Of a stretch of DNA of 64,000 nucleotides, positions 1 to 9,587 are shown in pieces. Under the pieces are notes generated by a model. That model worked only from the letters and a program-made list of their open reading frames with translations, made no database searches and was not told the origin of the DNA. Numbering within the stretch: position 1 is the first letter of the stretch; each line of letters starts with the position of its first letter. A program made the position numbers and the translations under genes. Where the stretch lies: NCBI GenBank assembly GCA_015059375.1, contig SVAN01000002.1, forward strand, positions 27,328 through 91,327, read 5' to 3'. The stretch is from Bacillota bacterium (lineage in GTDB: Bacteria; Bacillota_I; Bacilli_A; RF39; UBA660).

Positions 1-32
1 AGAAAAATACCTTTTAATAGAGGTGTTTTTTT

Positions 33-1382
33 ATGCAATACGAAACTAATTCAAAGCTAATAAAGCCAAATGACATTTTTATTGCCATTAAAGGACAACA
101 TTATGATGGTCATAATTTTATCGAAGAAGCAATAAAAAATAAAGCAAGTAAAATTATTGGTGAAGATGATATCAAAAACATAAAAATATATAAAAAAGTT
201 AAAAATACGAAAAAATATTTAACCAAAGTTATCAGCAAAGAAAACAAAAAATTAACTAAAAACTTTAAAATCATTGGCATAACAGGAACAAAAGGGAAAT
301 CAACCACAGCAATGATTCTTTACCAAATGTTAAAACTACTTAACGTTAATTGTGCTTACATTGGTACTTTAGGTTTACATTACAAAGATGTCAAAATGAG
401 TTTAAACAATACAACTCCAGATATTTTGTCCTTAAATAAAATATTACAAAAACTAAAAGAAGAAAATATCACACATATTATTATGGAAGTGTCATCACAC
501 GCATTATGTGAAAACCGTATTAAAGGTTTAAGATTTTATAGCGCTGCCTTTACCAATCTTAGTCAAGATCATTTAGATTACCATAAAGATATGCAAAACT
601 ATTTAAAAGCTAAACTTAAAATTTTAAGATATCTTGATGGAAAAATAATTTTAAATAATGATGATCCTGCCGCTTCTTCGTTTAAAAAGAAAACAAGTAA
701 AAACATTACTATTGGCCAAGATGGGGATTATAAATTAGATAGTTTTCGCTTGTACCCTACTGGAACAATTATCAATTTTGAATACCAATACAGTAAATAT
801 ACTGTGGCCATTCCTTTAATAGGAAGATACAACATTTATAACTATCTTACAGCTCTCGCGCTTTGCAATAACTTAGGATACAGTCTTTTAGATATAATAA
901 ATCTTACTAATAGTTTAAAAGGCATCGTAGGTCGCAATGAATTAATTAAGTCAGACAAAGGTTACGCTATAATAGATTACGCTCATTCTCCCAAATCTGT
1001 CGAAGAAACCCTTCTTGCATACAGAGAGCTTAAAATTGGCAAAATGATTACTATTATTGGCTGTGGAGGGAATCGCGATAAAACAAAACGGCCTATTATG
1101 GGGAAACTAGCTACAAAGTATTCTGATTATGTTATTTTTACTAGTGACAATCCTCGTGATGAAGACCCTAAGGAGATTTTAAAAGATATTACTAAAGATT
1201 TAACGGACAATAACTATGAAGTTATCGAAGACAGACGTGCAGCAATAAAAAAAGGAGTTAAACTCCTTAAGAAAAACGATTACCTACTTATTTTAGGTAA
1301 AGGTCACGAAAATTATCAATTAATAAAAAATGTTAAATATCATTTTGACGATAAAGAAGAAGTGTTAAAATACTTACACTAG
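33..1382 (+). CDS. murE: UDP-N-acetylmuramoyl-tripeptide synthetase MurE (DAP-type motif)
   Basis: Mur ligase P-loop GITGTKGKSTT. C-terminal DNPRDEDP (DNPR motif). RBS agaggtg upstream of the ATG. Confidence 0.9.
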   Translation: MQYETNSKLIKPNDIFIAIKGQHYDGHNFIEEAIKNKASKIIGEDDIKNIKIYKKVKNTKKYLTKVISKENKKLTKNFKIIGITGTKGKSTTAMILYQMLKLLNVNCAYIGTLGLHYKDVKMSLNNTTPDILSLNKILQKLKEENITHIIMEVSSHALCENRIKGLRFYSAAFTNLSQDHLDYHKDMQNYLKAKLKILRYLDGKIILNNDDPAASSFKKKTSKNITIGQDGDYKLDSFRLYPTGTIINFEYQYSKYTVAIPLIGRYNIYNYLTALALCNNLGYSLLDIINLTNSLKGIVGRNELIKSDKGYAIIDYAHSPKSVEETLLAYRELKIGKMITIIGCGGNRDKTKRPIMGKLATKYSDYVIFTSDNPRDEDPKEILKDITKDLTDNNYEVIEDRRAAIKKGVKLLKKNDYLLILGKGHENYQLIKNVKYHFDDKEEVLKYLH

Positions 1383-2014
1383 TCTTCTTTTTTGCTTTCA
1401 ATACAATCTTTAATCATATTACGAAATTTTTCATTTACTTTTTCTAAATCATCATTCTTTCCCACTTTAAAAGGTTCTAAGAATGTAACAGTTAATTTGT
1501 TGTTCCAAAATTTATATTTACCAGTTATAGCAAACGGAACAATTGTTGCTCCGGTTTTTTGAGCCATCGAAACAGCTCCCATCTTAAATGGCAACAATGT
1601 TTCTTCAGTACGATTTCTCGTTCCTTCTGGAAATAAACCTAACGCCCATCCATTATTTAATACCTCAAGGGCCTTTTCCTTAGCATCAGAATCATGAATT
1701 GAACGATTGACACTTATACACCCTGCAGCCTTAAAAAACCATGCAAATTTGCCATCAAAGTATTCTTTTTTCGCCATATAATGGACCATTCTTTTGGTTG
1801 CCAATATTGGAGCACATTGATCTAAAATATGTATATGGTTCCCACATAAAATAATTGGCCCATCTTTTGGAATTAAATGCTTATTTACAATCTTAGGGCG
1901 ATAATATAACATAAATATTACACCTAAAGTTGCTTTAAAAAATTTAAACCCCTTTTGATTATTTTCTTTTTTTGCTTCTTTTGCCATAACTTCTACCTTC
2001 CTTAATAAGTTCAA
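1379..2014 (-). CDS. 1-acyl-sn-glycerol-3-phosphate acyltransferase family protein (PlsC-like)
   Basis: HX4D motif (NHIHILD) and FPEGTR block. Start may be the internal ATG at 1987 (MAKEAKK, RBS ggaagg). Confidence 0.75.
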   Translation of the reverse strand: MNLLRKVEVMAKEAKKENNQKGFKFFKATLGVIFMLYYRPKIVNKHLIPKDGPIILCGNHIHILDQCAPILATKRMVHYMAKKEYFDGKFAWFFKAAGCISVNRSIHDSDAKEKALEVLNNGWALGLFPEGTRNRTEETLLPFKMGAVSMAQKTGATIVPFAITGKYKFWNNKLTVTFLEPFKVGKNDDLEKVNEKFRNMIKDCIESKKED

Positions 2015-2588
2015 TTACCTTTTGTTCTAATATTTTATTTTCCTTTTCTAAATTATCAGTTTTTACATAATATGGATTACCAATAATAACTTTAACATGA
2101 TAATTAAATAGCTTTGGACCGCCTACAAACGCAAAAGGAATAATTGGTTTTCCAGACTTATATGCTAATGATACTGCACCATATTTAAATGGTAATATAT
2201 AATCTTCGGTCTTATTTATTGTCCCTTCAGGAAACAAACAAATAATTTTATTATTTTTTAAATACTCAACAGCGCTATTAATCGCACCAGGATTTTTCTT
2301 TGCCCGATCGACTCTTATAAAACCTAGTGCATTTAATATCGGCCCTAAAAATTTTACATCCATAATCTCTTTTTTAGCAAGAAAGTGAATGGGCCTAAGT
2401 GTTGACCGGCCAATTAAAAATGCATCAAAATAACTAGTATGGGTTCCCGCAAAAATAAAGCCTTCTTTATGCGGTATTCTCTTACGATGAACGATTTTGG
2501 GATTTATTGTTACTACTAAAAACAGCCAAAGAATTGGTCTTATAATGGAATACAGAATATTACTTATTACTAGATTTTTTCTTTTCAT
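1959..2588 (-). CDS. second PlsC-like lysophospholipid acyltransferase
   Basis: HX4D motif (THTSYFD) and FPEGT block. Overlaps both neighbouring genes, suggesting translational coupling. Confidence 0.75.
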   Translation of the reverse strand: MKRKNLVISNILYSIIRPILWLFLVVTINPKIVHRKRIPHKEGFIFAGTHTSYFDAFLIGRSTLRPIHFLAKKEIMDVKFLGPILNALGFIRVDRAKKNPGAINSAVEYLKNNKIICLFPEGTINKTEDYILPFKYGAVSLAYKSGKPIIPFAFVGGPKLFNYHVKVIIGNPYYVKTDNLEKENKILEQKVIELIKEGRSYGKRSKKRK

Positions 2589-4299
2589 TTTCTTCTTTTT
2601 CTAATTCTCTAAAAGCCACTTTTCCTACTAATGTTTTCGGCAATTTATCTCTAAATTCATATTCAGCAGGTAATGCATATTTTGCTACATGCTTAGTTAG
2701 TAACTCTTTAATCTCTTTCTCAATTTGTTTACTTGCTTTATAACCATCTTTTAAAACAATAAAAGCCTTAGCAACCTGTCCTTTATATGAATGCGGAATT
2801 CCAATTACTGTAGATGTTAGTACCGCATCATGAGAATTAATAATGGTTTCCAAATAAGTCGGATAGATATTATATCCACTTGAAATAATAATTCTTTTAA
2901 TTCTTTGTGAAAAATAAATTAGTCCATCTTCTCCTAAATAACCAACATCACCGGTATGCAACCATAGCTTTCCGTCTTCATGATATCTTAATGCATGCAT
3001 CGTTTCTGCATCATCATTTAAATATCCCATCATAACTAATGGTCCACTAATACAAATTTCGCCATCAATACCGACAGGCGCTTTTTCATGTGTATCAGGT
3101 ATTACTATCTTAAAATATATATCTGGAAATGGTGCACCGATAAGCCCATCATTAAAAATATGTTCTGGTGAAAGGCATGTCGCTCCAGTAGATTCGGTTA
3201 AACCATAACCAACCCTGATTTTAGCGGTCGAACCATGTTCTTCTAAATAGCTATTTACTTTATCTCGTAACGTCTTATTTAATGCATCCCCTCCACATAT
3301 TGCGGCTTTAACACAGGCCAAATCATTTGCCCCCATGTTGTTTTCAAGAAGCCCTTCATAAAGTGTCGGAACACCAGCAATAAAATTTGGTTGATTTTTT
3401 CGAATAATATCGCCAAATTTTTTATAGTTAAATTGAGGAATTAATATACATCCCATTCCTATACATAAAGGCGTATGAATACATACTCCCAATCCAAAAC
3501 CATGGAATATTGGTAAAATTGATAAAACAGTTGCCCCTGGCACCGCCTGATCAATAACAGTTGTAGCCATAATTCCTAATGCATTAAAATTAAGATTAGA
3601 AAGCAGTATCCCTTTAGGACTACCAGTGGTTCCTCCACTATATAAAATAACAGCCGGATCATATGCCTTCCTCTTCTCATGATACTCGCCTTGATATCCT
3701 TTAGAATTATGAATAAAATCTTCCCACATAATTACTGTAGAATCATCTTTAGGGATTTTTATTTTACGCCCTTTCAACATCCAATAAGCACTACTCATGG
3801 CTAAATTCATCTCTCCAGATGCTTTGGCAACTATTATTTTTTTCAAATTCGTACTATCTTTTAATTTGTAGATTTTTTCAAAAGCAACGTCAATTACTAA
3901 AATAAACTTACTATCGGCAGCATTAATGTAATATTCTAATTCTTTTTCACTAGAAAGAGGGTGAACCATATTACAAATGGCACCGACCATGTTTACAGCA
4001 TATACCATTGTTATACCTTCGGGGGTATTAGGCATGCAAATTGTTACTTTGTCATTTTCCTTAATTCCATGGTTTTTTAATGCTCTTGCCGTAACTTTAA
4101 TTTTTTCTACAAATTCACGATATGTAACTTTTCCACCATAGTAAGAATATGCCACATTATTTGGCCATTTAGTTGCTGATTCCATAACCATATCAACCAT
4201 AGCATAATCAGGATATTTTAAATTTGCAGGAACATCTCCATAATGTTTCAACCAAGGTCTTTGTTCCTTATCTAATTTCATTTGTTTCGATTTTCTCAT
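2560..4299 (-). CDS. AMP-dependent acyl-CoA synthetase/ligase (FadD-like)
   Basis: AMP-binding motifs YSGGTTGSPKG and GYGLTES. Length 579 aa. Confidence 0.85.
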   Translation of the reverse strand: MRKSKQMKLDKEQRPWLKHYGDVPANLKYPDYAMVDMVMESATKWPNNVAYSYYGGKVTYREFVEKIKVTARALKNHGIKENDKVTICMPNTPEGITMVYAVNMVGAICNMVHPLSSEKELEYYINAADSKFILVIDVAFEKIYKLKDSTNLKKIIVAKASGEMNLAMSSAYWMLKGRKIKIPKDDSTVIMWEDFIHNSKGYQGEYHEKRKAYDPAVILYSGGTTGSPKGILLSNLNFNALGIMATTVIDQAVPGATVLSILPIFHGFGLGVCIHTPLCIGMGCILIPQFNYKKFGDIIRKNQPNFIAGVPTLYEGLLENNMGANDLACVKAAICGGDALNKTLRDKVNSYLEEHGSTAKIRVGYGLTESTGATCLSPEHIFNDGLIGAPFPDIYFKIVIPDTHEKAPVGIDGEICISGPLVMMGYLNDDAETMHALRYHEDGKLWLHTGDVGYLGEDGLIYFSQRIKRIIISSGYNIYPTYLETIINSHDAVLTSTVIGIPHSYKGQVAKAFIVLKDGYKASKQIEKEIKELLTKHVAKYALPAEYEFRDKLPKTLVGKVAFRELEKEENEKKKSSNK

Positions 4300-5158
4300 C
4301 CGCTCTTACCTCCAACAATTCAGGATTATCAAATATATATTGTAGTAATTGAACACATTTAGCAAAATAATAACCATCAGCAATTCTTTCATCTAAATTA
4401 ATACCAAATTCACATATTTTCTTAACTGATCTTTCTCCACTATCATCAATAACTTCTTCATTTTTTATTTCTCCCATGGTAGCTAATGAAGAACACGAAC
4501 CAAAATCAGTTATATTATGAAAAATTGCCCCACATTTAATTGATCCTAAATTGGAAACAATCATACTACTATAATATAAATTATCTTTTATTAAAAATGA
4601 GGGTAAAATTCCTTTTTTATCGCACCACTTAAAAATTCCAACAATTGGTATTCTTAACAAATTTGGAAGTTTTCCTAGAACATCAATAGCAATATTAGCG
4701 CCTTCTTTATCAACATTATCTTTATTATCTCTAATTTTATTAACCTTTTTTCTTATTTTTTCACTGATAGTATTTAATGTATCATCTGGCTGTATGTCAG
4801 TCAAAATCATCATTTCTTCGGCATGATCGTCAAATGTTACCTTAGCAACAAAAGAAATCACAACATCATTGTGCTCATATAAATGACGATTTGCAACGAA
4901 GCGGTTTAGTTTTGGGCGATTATAAATTACTTTACCTATCGCTGTTACAAAAGTATGAAAATATGAAAGATCAATTCCTTCCATTTTCTTTTTTTCAACG
5001 TATTCAACAAGTTTAGTTAAGTCCATTTTCTGATTAATATAAACATCACTTACACTACGATTTGGCTTAAGGTCCATACTAATCTGTGCCATGCCTGTAA
5101 GTTCTCGTATGCGACGGGCATCTTTTCGGTCTCCCCATCTTCTTTTATATTTTTCCAT
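4268..5158 (-). CDS. stand-alone 2-oxoacid dehydrogenase E2/CAT-fold acyltransferase catalytic domain protein
   Basis: C-terminal block LDERIADGYYFAK resembles the E2 DHRxxDG motif, with Glu in place of His. No lipoyl or PSBD domains. Confidence 0.55.
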   Translation of the reverse strand: MEKYKRRWGDRKDARRIRELTGMAQISMDLKPNRSVSDVYINQKMDLTKLVEYVEKKKMEGIDLSYFHTFVTAIGKVIYNRPKLNRFVANRHLYEHNDVVISFVAKVTFDDHAEEMMILTDIQPDDTLNTISEKIRKKVNKIRDNKDNVDKEGANIAIDVLGKLPNLLRIPIVGIFKWCDKKGILPSFLIKDNLYYSSMIVSNLGSIKCGAIFHNITDFGSCSSLATMGEIKNEEVIDDSGERSVKKICEFGINLDERIADGYYFAKCVQLLQYIFDNPELLEVRADEKIETNEIR

Positions 5159-5228
5159 CTAAATATAACTCCCTTACTAACTATATATATAAATACTAAC
5201 ATAATTTCATTTTTTTAACAATAAAATG

Positions 5229-5256
5229 TTGAAATTTAACTTTTTTATGATATAAT
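5229..5256 (+). promoter_or_regulatory. sigma-A type promoter for tRNA-Gly
   Basis: TTGAAA, 16 nt spacer, then extended -10 TGATATAAT, 12 nt upstream of the tRNA 5' end. Confidence 0.5.
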
Positions 5257-5268
5257 TAATCATGTATC

Positions 5269-5342
5269 GCGGATGTAGTTTAATGGTAGAACATCAGCCT
5301 TCCAAGCTAATGACGGGAGTTCGATTCTCCTCATCCGCTCCA
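5269..5342 (+). tRNA. tRNA-Gly (anticodon UCC), CCA encoded
   Basis: Cloverleaf read by hand: acceptor GCGGATG/CATCCGC, anticodon loop CTTCCAA, T-loop GTTCGATTC, 3' CCA. Confidence 0.95.
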
Positions 5343-5355
5343 TTGATGATTAATT

Positions 5356-5379
5356 GATGCTTAATTGCATCTTTTTTTT
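5356..5379 (+). terminator. weak rho-independent terminator after tRNA-Gly
   Basis: gatgc-ttaatt-gcatc hairpin followed by T8. Confidence 0.45.
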
Positions 5380-5416
5380 ATGCCAAAATCCCACTCGTTG
5401 CAGATTATTCGTTGTT

Positions 5417-5712
5417 TTATTTAACATTTATATTAGATTTATTTTTAAAATAATTTCTAATATATTTTTTTATTTCATACAACGTATACCCTTTTCCATC
5501 TACTATAAATAAATTATCATTTTCATGATATAAGTCATAGTGCAACACAATCAATTCTTTTCCATTTTTACTAAATATTAATCTATGTGGCGTAATTCCA
5601 TCTACATAGCTTTATCAAATTCTATAATATAACCATAATAAAATGAAAATTTTATACCACTATGTTTAGTCATCTTAGATAGTTCTTCTTCAGTGTCTTT
5701 CTCAAGTGACAT
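5417..5712 (-). pseudogene. frameshifted small ORF (unknown function)
   Basis: RBS aggagg, then MSLEKDTEEELSKMTKHSGIKFSFYYGYIIEFDKAM* (stop at 5602-5604). Continues in another frame as VDGITPHRLIFSKNGKELIVLHYDLYHENDNLFIVDGKGYTLYEIKKYIRNYFKNKSNINVK*. Confidence 0.4.
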
Positions 5713-5838
5713 TATTTGTACTTGAATCTGACCAATATTATTCACCTCCTGAAGTTAATTTTTAACTTCACACAAACAATACTGCACAAATTTAATAAAG
5801 TCCAGCAAAAAAAAGATGAAATTTGTCATCTTTTTTTA

Positions 5839-6636
5839 TTATAACTTTTTGCTTTTATTAACAGATTCAAATAAAGCATTAACATTTTCATTATTATTTT
5901 GATTATTAACATTAGTAATGTCTTTTTGAATTTGAGCTAAAATATCTAAATCTAATTTTTCTTTTCCCACTAACATTTCTATTAATCTACTAGAAATAGT
6001 TTCAATTGGATATATCAAACATACTGCATTTATTAATGGATTTAAATCTTGCAAACATTTATTATAATCTGACAAATGTTTACTGATTATTTTTTGTTTT
6101 CTTTCTTCTTCAAAATCTTTTTGGGTTATTTTTTGTATAAATTGAATATGACCAACAGTTTGTAATAATTTAAACCCTATAATATCAATTGGGTTTGGAA
6201 CAACAATACTTCTATTATTATAATTAAGTTTTACAAGATTAATACCCAACTCACAATCTCTTGGGTCACTTATATGTAAAACATCTTTTCCTTTTGGAGA
6301 AATTTTATCAAAATCTGGTATAACATCATATAAATTAAAGACAAATGATTTGCTTGGGCCTCCAGAAATCATTACATAATCAGTATCGTTAATTTGTCTT
6401 CTAAATTGTGAAAAATTATCTTTTGCTTCAGAAGGAATAGTGTAGTTATCTCCCATTCCTATTACTCTTCCTTGTTCAACAACTATTTCTTGCATACTAT
6501 CGGCACAAATAAATGGTAACGTAGCTAATGATCCGGCCATGTAATATATAATGTTCCCATTTTCATCAACTGGTGGTTTTGTTCTATAATATAATTCACA
6601 TAAATCCCATGCTATATTTTCTATTTTTCTTTCCAT
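5839..6636 (-). CDS. hypothetical protein
   Basis: 265 aa ORF with no motif I recognise. Lies between tRNA-Gly and a decayed copy of its 3' end. Confidence 0.55.
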   Translation of the reverse strand: MERKIENIAWDLCELYYRTKPPVDENGNIIYYMAGSLATLPFICADSMQEIVVEQGRVIGMGDNYTIPSEAKDNFSQFRRQINDTDYVMISGGPSKSFVFNLYDVIPDFDKISPKGKDVLHISDPRDCELGINLVKLNYNNRSIVVPNPIDIIGFKLLQTVGHIQFIQKITQKDFEEERKQKIISKHLSDYNKCLQDLNPLINAVCLIYPIETISSRLIEMLVGKEKLDLDILAQIQKDITNVNNQNNNENVNALFESVNKSKKL

Positions 6637-6958
6637 ATATATAAACCTCCGACTATAATTCTATTATACCATTAATTCGACGTTTTTGATAAATTTGTAG
6701 GATTAATTGACTATTTATTGTGATTTCATTTGCATTTCTACATAAATGTTTTGTTGATTGATTGTATTATCGATTGTTGAATAAAATAATATTTATTTTA
6801 AAATAATTAAAATCCAAACTACTCGTTTCACAATTCATATAAAATTGTTGTTCAGAATAATTTTTTATCGTAATCGTATATATAAAAATATTAACCTATG
6901 ACAGGAATCAAAATAAAAATCCCTTTATTTATAAAGGTTTTGCTGTTTATAAGGGGTT

Positions 6959-6983
6959 CGGGAAGTTCCCCTCATTCGCTCCA
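6959..6983 (+). repeat. decayed direct copy of the tRNA-Gly 3' end (att-like remnant)
   Basis: cgggaagttcccctcattcgctcca versus tRNA cgggagttcgattctcctcatccgctcca. The last 14 nt match 13/14, and 4 nt of the T-loop are deleted. Confidence 0.45.
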
Positions 6984-6994
6984 AATGTAATATA

Positions 6995-7019
6995 ATCCTT
7001 GTAAATCAAGGATTTTTTT
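6995..7019 (+). terminator. rho-independent terminator-like hairpin
   Basis: aatccttg-taaat-caaggatt followed by a T-run. Confidence 0.5.
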
Positions 7020-7020
7020 A

Positions 7021-7048
7021 TTGTAGAAATGAGAAGAATCGAACCTTA
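7021..7048 (-). repeat. tRNA T-arm/3'-end-like remnant in inverted orientation
   Basis: The minus strand reads taaggttcgattcttctcatttctacaa. The core ggttcgattctNctcat matches the tRNA-Gly 3' half 16/17. Confidence 0.3.
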
Positions 7049-7113
7049 CGTGTCCCTAGCCTTTCGTATATATTGAATTTAGAATGTTAAATTTTACATT
7101 CATTGAATATATC

Positions 7114-7165
7114 AAATAAAAAAGATAATATAAGGAGGTTATATGAACCTACCAATATTATCTTT
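7114..7165 (-). terminator. probable terminator of pnuC (long-loop hairpin)
   Basis: 10 bp stem aagataatat/atattatctt with a 23 nt loop, followed by a T-run on the minus strand. Confidence 0.4.
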
Positions 7166-7184
7166 CTTTCATTTTAAACTGTAA

Positions 7185-7850
7185 TTATTTACTCTTAGAC
7201 CAACTATGCAATCCGTATAAATTATTTATAAGTAATAATACTGCATCAAATACCATTGGTAATAAAAGTATATTTCCATTTAATACAGGTAATCCCCATA
7301 ATATTAATAATATAAATGCATTTATTAAATAGAATAAGAAACTATATCTACTTCTTCTAACTAATAAGTATGTTGCTGTTAAATTTATATTCATGGAAAT
7401 AGTAGATACTAATAAATTACTTGTATTGAAATGTTTAAGTAGAAAAAATAATCCTACATATAACAATATATTGACAAGCAGTAAACCATGCCATTCTTTT
7501 GTTTCTATAACATTTTGTTTTACTTTTTCACTCTTATTATCTCTATTTTTTAACCAAGTATAAATACCTGAAATATATAGTGGTAAAATTACTACTAAAT
7601 ATATAATCACTTCTCCATAATATTGATTATTGTATGACATTATTGAATAAAGAATCGCTAGTAATACTCCAACAACTTGTCCCACAACATGTCCTTTTGC
7701 TTGATTTAGTGCCGAAAAGAAACCAATAAATGGCACGATAGTAGCAAGAAATCCACATTCTAAATATATTCCTAATCCTAGTATTACAACTACACTCAGT
7801 ACTAATAATATTATTTCAAATTTATTCCAACTCTTTATATAATTTTTCAT
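7185..7850 (-). CDS. pnuC: nicotinamide riboside transporter PnuC family
   Basis: 7-TM profile. N-terminal SWNKFEIILL and the AKGHVVGQVVG ... YGE ... GIYTW pattern are typical of Firmicute PnuC. Confidence 0.65.
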   Translation of the reverse strand: MKNYIKSWNKFEIILLVLSVVVILGLGIYLECGFLATIVPFIGFFSALNQAKGHVVGQVVGVLLAILYSIMSYNNQYYGEVIIYLVVILPLYISGIYTWLKNRDNKSEKVKQNVIETKEWHGLLLVNILLYVGLFFLLKHFNTSNLLVSTISMNINLTATYLLVRRSRYSFLFYLINAFILLILWGLPVLNGNILLLPMVFDAVLLLINNLYGLHSWSKSK

Positions 7851-7855
7851 ATTTA

Positions 7856-8524
7856 TTATTTATTAAATTCTTCAGGTAGATATGCGCCTTTTTTTCTTAA
7901 AAAACAAACAACATCAATTAAAGAATCATCGCCTGTAAACCCATTCATTAATTTCATTTCCTTAAAACCTAATCCATGATATAAATTTTTGGCTTGTAAA
8001 TTGTGTAACAGGCAATCGAGTGCAAATTTATTAAAGCCTGCTTTTTCCATTTGACTAATAAAATATCCTAATAATCTGGAGCCTATCTTTTTACCACGCA
8101 AGTTATTATCAATACATACATTTGGAATATACATAGTTTGAAAATCATATTTTTCAACTTCATCTAAAATTGGTCTAATATATTTTTTTATTGTAGTTTT
8201 GTAACGTTCATCAACCTTTTCTAATGTTTCATAATCATATTTTAAATTTACAGATTTATCAATAGCACAAATTACACCAACAATTTTATTTGACGTACTA
8301 TCATATGCAACATAAAGATTATTATAATTAAATATAAAACCATCTTTTAACATTTCCTCTTTTAAAAAATCTACACACTTACTTTCATTTTTATCAAACC
8401 AATATGGATATATATACGGATCTGTATCATATATAAGTCTTGCGATTTCCTCCATATTATCATCTTTCTTCGCTCTTCTAAAATAAATCAATTCATTTTC
8501 AACCAAATAACTATCATTTGCCAT
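7856..8524 (-). CDS. GNAT family N-acetyltransferase
   Basis: Acetyl-CoA binding block VCIDNNLRGKKIGSRLL (R/Q-x-x-G-x-G/A). Confidence 0.8.
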   Translation of the reverse strand: MANDSYLVENELIYFRRAKKDDNMEEIARLIYDTDPYIYPYWFDKNESKCVDFLKEEMLKDGFIFNYNNLYVAYDSTSNKIVGVICAIDKSVNLKYDYETLEKVDERYKTTIKKYIRPILDEVEKYDFQTMYIPNVCIDNNLRGKKIGSRLLGYFISQMEKAGFNKFALDCLLHNLQAKNLYHGLGFKEMKLMNGFTGDDSLIDVVCFLRKKGAYLPEEFNK

Positions 8525-8612
8525 TTTTCATTTCACCTACGCTTATCTTTTACAATTATATCATATTTGAATCTTTTGGGTTTCGCTAAAATTTCTAATA
8601 AAATAATCAGTT

Positions 8613-9539
8613 TTAAACAAACATTATAAATAACCCTATAATGCTTGCAAATATACAAACAGTCTTTTGAATAATATCTTTCTTATTTAAGTTTTCAGAA
8701 AAATATTTAGGTAAATATTTGATTCCAAGTATTCCTAAAATAAACGCAAAAGCGCCTTGGAAACCAGTTAAAATGTTTGCAAGCGCCAACGGAATTACTA
8801 GATTTATATAATTAACAAGTAAATTTGCTACTAAATTTATAAGTTCATTTATACAATTTAATCCAAAATATTTCTTACCGTTTAATTTCACCGCTTGCAA
8901 AAAAGAATCTCGAACTTTCTTTTTTATCATTAATATTATTCCAATTAATATGAAACCAACTTGATACCAGAACGCACAAGAAATATATGAACTATTTCTT
9001 ATAGCAAAATCAAAAAGTAAGAAATACACAGCATATAATAAGGTTGAAATCAACATAAACATTAAAGCATTCCATTTATTTTTACTGTTTTTATTTTCAA
9101 AATCAAAAGATATAAAAATTGTTGCTAATAAAATTATCAACGATCCAATAAGCTGAGATGTAGATAATTTTTCGTCAAAAAAGAATAGTGCTAAGAAAAA
9201 AGTAAAAACCGGTATCATTTGAAACATCATAACAACAATTGAAGTGTCATTTTTATCAAGCGCTTTATAATAAAAATAAGTAGCAAGAATATAAATTATA
9301 GCTGCAAGAAGCACAAAAATTAATGAGCTTATACTTATTCCAATCGAAAATTTGCTTACTATTAACCATACAGGAGAAATAATTAATCCCGCTATCAAAC
9401 TAGAAAAAACTAACAAGGTATTCACATTATTTGTTGATTTATCTAAATCAACCAACATAAATTTATCAATATGATTGGTTATCCCCCATAAAAATGATGC
9501 AAAAATACCAAGTGCAACAGCTAAAACCATTGTTATCAC
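8613..9539 (-). CDS. EamA/DMT superfamily transporter
   Basis: About 10 TM helices arranged as two repeated halves. 308 aa. Confidence 0.65.
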   Translation of the reverse strand: MITMVLAVALGIFASFLWGITNHIDKFMLVDLDKSTNNVNTLLVFSSLIAGLIISPVWLIVSKFSIGISISSLIFVLLAAIIYILATYFYYKALDKNDTSIVVMMFQMIPVFTFFLALFFFDEKLSTSQLIGSLIILLATIFISFDFENKNSKNKWNALMFMLISTLLYAVYFLLFDFAIRNSSYISCAFWYQVGFILIGIILMIKKKVRDSFLQAVKLNGKKYFGLNCINELINLVANLLVNYINLVIPLALANILTGFQGAFAFILGILGIKYLPKYFSENLNKKDIIQKTVCIFASIIGLFIMFV

Positions 9540-9587
9540 CGACCAATATTATTATAACACAAAAAAATAAAATGACTAGAATCGCAT

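Noticed and set aside
7141-7183. 13 aa ORF MNLPILSFFHFKL preceded by aaggagg
   Set aside because: It lies in the loop and 3' arm of the hairpin that best explains the region as the pnuC terminator. It is too short to support.
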